NCBI GenBank assembly: GCA_965645245.1
Contig: OZ287083.1
Location: forward strand, 1,426,001-1,490,000
DNA from: Massalongia carnosa
Lineage: Eukaryota
Reading direction: 5' to 3'
Length of the DNA stretch: 64,000 nt
In this document: positions 60,572 to 64,000 of the stretch, piece after piece
How positions within the stretch are numbered: the first letter of the stretch is position 1
Layout: each line of letters opens with the position of its first letter
Notes under the pieces: generated by a model
What the model saw: only the letters and a program-made list of their open reading frames with translations
The model's database searches: none
Told to the model about the DNA's origin: nothing
Position numbers and translations under genes: made by a program

Positions 60572-63500
60572 TCATCGAGGCGTGTCGAAGAATCGGCTGC
60601 ACTCAATGATCTTCTCGTCACCATTAGCAAAGTCCCAGCCAACTATCCTCACATCCTGCGAGCAACAAACAATCCTTCGAGCGTCAAATTGCAACTTGAA
60701 GACTCTTGAGTTGGGTGGAGGAGCCGTCACGCTGGGGCCCGGAGTATGGTGAGAAGAGGGTGGACCAGCAGCAGGCAGTTGCTGCGAGGCCTGCTGATGT
60801 TGCGCGGCCTGATGCGCAGCTTGTTGCGCAGCTTGTTGTGTGGCGCTATGAGCAGATGCAACCATACCGGTGATATACTGTTGCTGATATATCGGTAGAT
60901 GTGCAGTGGCGGTAGTTATACTCTGCTGGTTTACGGTGGAAGAGACATTTGTCGTCGTGATTGTCGAGGACGACGCCGCTGCAGAAGCGGCAGCCATTTG
61001 TTGCTGCAACTGCTGTTGGTGTGCGTTGACTTGTTCTGTCATGGCCTGTGACATATTCGAATATAAATTGTTCATGTGCTGAGGAAAATCGTTCGCTGTG
61101 CCGCGTAATTCAGTCTGCAGGCTGGTCGATCCAACCTGCATGGCGTGCTGAATTACATGAGGCGCTGATAACAACCCCTGAACGCCTTGAGAGTTCATCT
61201 CAGGTTGATTGGCGGAACCATGATTGACCTGCGGATTATTCGCTTGGCCATTTTGAGGCGCTGCAAAATGTGTTTGCCGCGAGAGCAGATCCGACTGGGA
61301 GGGCAATGGACCACCGGCAGCTTGAAGAGCTTCCTCTTGGCGAAGTCTATGACCCATCACCCAACGGCCATCCGAGGCTTTCTTCCATATTATGATCGTC
61401 TCATCGTAGGATCCCGATACAATTCGGCCCCATCTGCTGCCGCCGCCTCCAGGCGGTAACTTCGCCCCAATTGCCGTGATGTCTTTAGGCTGCTTTGACC
61501 CATCGTTTCGTGCACGGCTTCTGCTGGAGCTCGTGGGAAGAGTTCCTGTGCGTCTGGCCTCGTAATATTGCTGATCCACTTCGCTTGCCTCCATCGCGAG
61601 TTCCTCCCGGCTGCTTCCCGGGTAATCCCCGAATGCTGCTTGAATGGTACGCACAAGCCTGCTGTGGCCTTGTAGACAGGCAACTTCAGCTTGGGTAGCA
61701 GGATCGTAGATGCGGATCGTGTTGTCGCTGCTCCCGCTTACAATTCTCTTACCGTCATACTGAACACATGCAATACCCTTGGTATGGCCCCTACATGTTG
61801 CTGTGCACAGTCCTGTATGGATGTCGAATACCTTGACATATCGATCACCAGAAGCTGAAACAAGTTGGTCTTGATGTATATAGATGGCATTTACAGCAGC
61901 ACCATGAGAATCGATTCGCATCAAAAGTGAAAATGGCTTCAACGGCTCTCTTTGCTCCGCAGTAAAGATGTTGTCCCTGTCAATGGAGCCTCCACTTTTT
62001 CCTAGATCCACAATATATGCTGGGCATTTGCCTCCGTAGAGAACGTCTCTCACCGGGTAATCTTTAGTCCCTGGCCATAATTCATGGCGATTCCAAATCT
62101 TTATTGTTTTGTCTTTTGAACAGGTTACCAGGAAGCGATGATCAAATTTCAGGTTTAGCACTGACTCCCTGTGCGCCTTAGATATCTTTTGTATCATCTT
62201 GCCCGTCGAAAATTGCCATATTATGACGTCTGTATCGCTGCTTCCGGAGATGATAATGTCTTCATTACCTCGATTATCGAACTGCAAACAGAGCACAGAA
62301 GCGGTATGACCGGTCAGAGGTTTCCTGACGAGTCGTTGCGTATCTAAATCCCATATCCTTAGCGTACGGTCTCGGCTACCGCTCACGAGATACCTTCCAA
62401 TATGTTGAATCGTATACACGCATTCCGTGTGAGCTTCCTCTGGATAATCCCGATGAGGCAGCTGAAAGATTTTATATGAGCCAGCGTTCCAGTTACCCTC
62501 CAGCTTCTTCTTTTGTTTGAACACATAATGGTAATTAACCCGGGACTGGCCCGAAGTTGTGTGAATCATCATATCGGGGTCCCGACTAGAATCATCTAGT
62601 GCATCCATTTCTGACCCAAGGTCTGGGCTTTGTTGACTTTCTATGCGATGCGGGCTACTATCCACCTCAAGGTCAGTATCCTCCATGCTGGGCTGGAACA
62701 GCGACTGATGTTCCGTGCCATTAGAAGATCCTCTACGATACTTTGGGAGGACGGGATCCAAGAGCGCATCATGCATTTCCTCATCATGATTCAACAAGGC
62801 TGGTGAACGGAAGAGCCCGCTATTCATGCGAGCTGCTTGAGTCCCTTCATGCTGCGTTGAAGTGCTCCGAGACTGCCGAGACGAACTGCCTTCTTCCGCT
62901 CCATCCACTTCATGTCGAGGACGTTTCTTCAACCTTCTCTGATCGGCTTGCGACTTTCCACTGCCGGGCCGATTCATTCGGGAAAAGTTGTATCTTTGTT
63001 CAAAGCTCCGAATCTCCCCAATGTTCAAGCCCCAGCCTTCCGAGTTAAAATTTTGTTTCCAGAGCCGGCCATCAAGGGTCGATTCCCGCCATGCTTTCGA
63101 TGCTCGTGACGCTTCGAGTAACATGGATGGGGTTAGGTAGGAAAATATCTCATATGTTATCTCTGGTGGCAAAACCGCGACCGGATCTATGTGAAGAAGC
63201 GGTCTCAATCGTTCCACGATAGCTGCGATAGACGATGTTCGTAAGGTTCGTAAAACATTGTAAACAAAATCTGAGCATGGTCAATCGCCAAACATTTAGC
63301 GCAATGGGGAATACTTGGATGGGGGTCACGAGGGAGCATACCACTTCTTTCCGCCTCGTTGAGTACCATAACTCCATCCGACAATGAACTGGCTGCCATG
63401 GGCATCGAGACGCCATTCGTTTCGTTGACTCCCGGTTCTAGTTTCATGGGAGAATCGACATCATCCAGGCTTCGCGTGTCCTCGGAATATCCCTCGTCAA

Positions 63501-63588
63501 TCTTGAAAGACGAATCTATTCCCGAGGGGGCGTAGTTTCTCTGATATAATCGCGCATGAGTCAACGAATTTACAGGGTAAATATTCAT
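60572..63588 (-). CDS. fwd-1: F-box/WD40 SCF substrate receptor, FWD-1/beta-TrCP-like
   Basis: Intron about 63271-63341. F-box DPVAVLPPEITYEIFSYL; WD40 repeats (AHTECVYTIQ, GHTASVLCLQFD, AHRESVLNLKFD, GHTKGIACVQYDG); terminal RVFKLQFDARRIVCCSQD after a Q/A-rich insert. Confidence 0.88.
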
Positions 63589-64000
63589 GTTTTGACAGTC
63601 CTTTCGCGATTAACGACAAGTGACGACCCGCAACTTGGGCAAGAAATGAAACAGTCAAATGAATATGCAGAACATCACCAGACCACACTATTACCTTTGG
63701 CAGCAAATATTCTTCTTTTCGTTTGAGAAAATGGTAATATCGCTTCTTTAATAGAGATGGGCTTTTGCAGTATGGAGTGTCATGAGCGCCTTGAGTGCCT
63801 AGCAACGCCCTATGGTTGGACATTCACGTGACCCATAGTACCCATAATAGTACCGGAACATTCCATCTCACGCTACTACATATTAAGTGTTCTCCTTTGA
63901 GGAGGGGAGCGACAATAATCGAGCCAATCACGCGGCATCTTCACTCCCACTAGTATCCATGCCCGCCTTTCACTGCATTTCGACACTAGATCGACACCAC

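Overview
Eukaryotic DNA from a filamentous ascomycete (Pezizomycotina), inferred from short GT-AG introns with CTRAC-type branch sites and a typical fungal gene set. About 19 protein-coding genes are supported: a SHLD2-like OB-fold protein, an 8-exon velvet regulator (vosA-like, largely invisible in the ORF track), a large unknown membrane-anchored protein, beta-carbonic anhydrase, a GBD/FH3 protein, an NRAMP transporter, VPS60, a SIT4-associated SAPS protein, an ankyrin protein, a GT2-like glycosyltransferase, a disordered hypothetical protein, ERG27, a CFEM membrane protein, an ING/PHO23 PHD protein, RPL8, STU2/XMAP215, nudF/LIS1, a DUF1992 protein with an in-frame TAG, and an FWD-1-like F-box/WD40 protein. 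No rRNA, intact tRNA, CRISPR array or autonomous transposon was seen. Leading candidates for follow-up: (1) a compact fungal protein resembling vertebrate Shieldin SHLD2 in both its N-terminal GAP motif and its OB fold; (2) a single in-frame TAG in an otherwise intact DUF1992 gene; (3) a TA-flanked perfect hairpin (MITE-like); (4) two alternative C-termini of the SAPS gene via a 625-nt intron; (5) a GC-AG intron and a CCNTGG-rich 7-kb upstream region at vosA; (6) clustered TACNGAGTA motifs. All homology calls are from motif recognition by eye; no searches were run.
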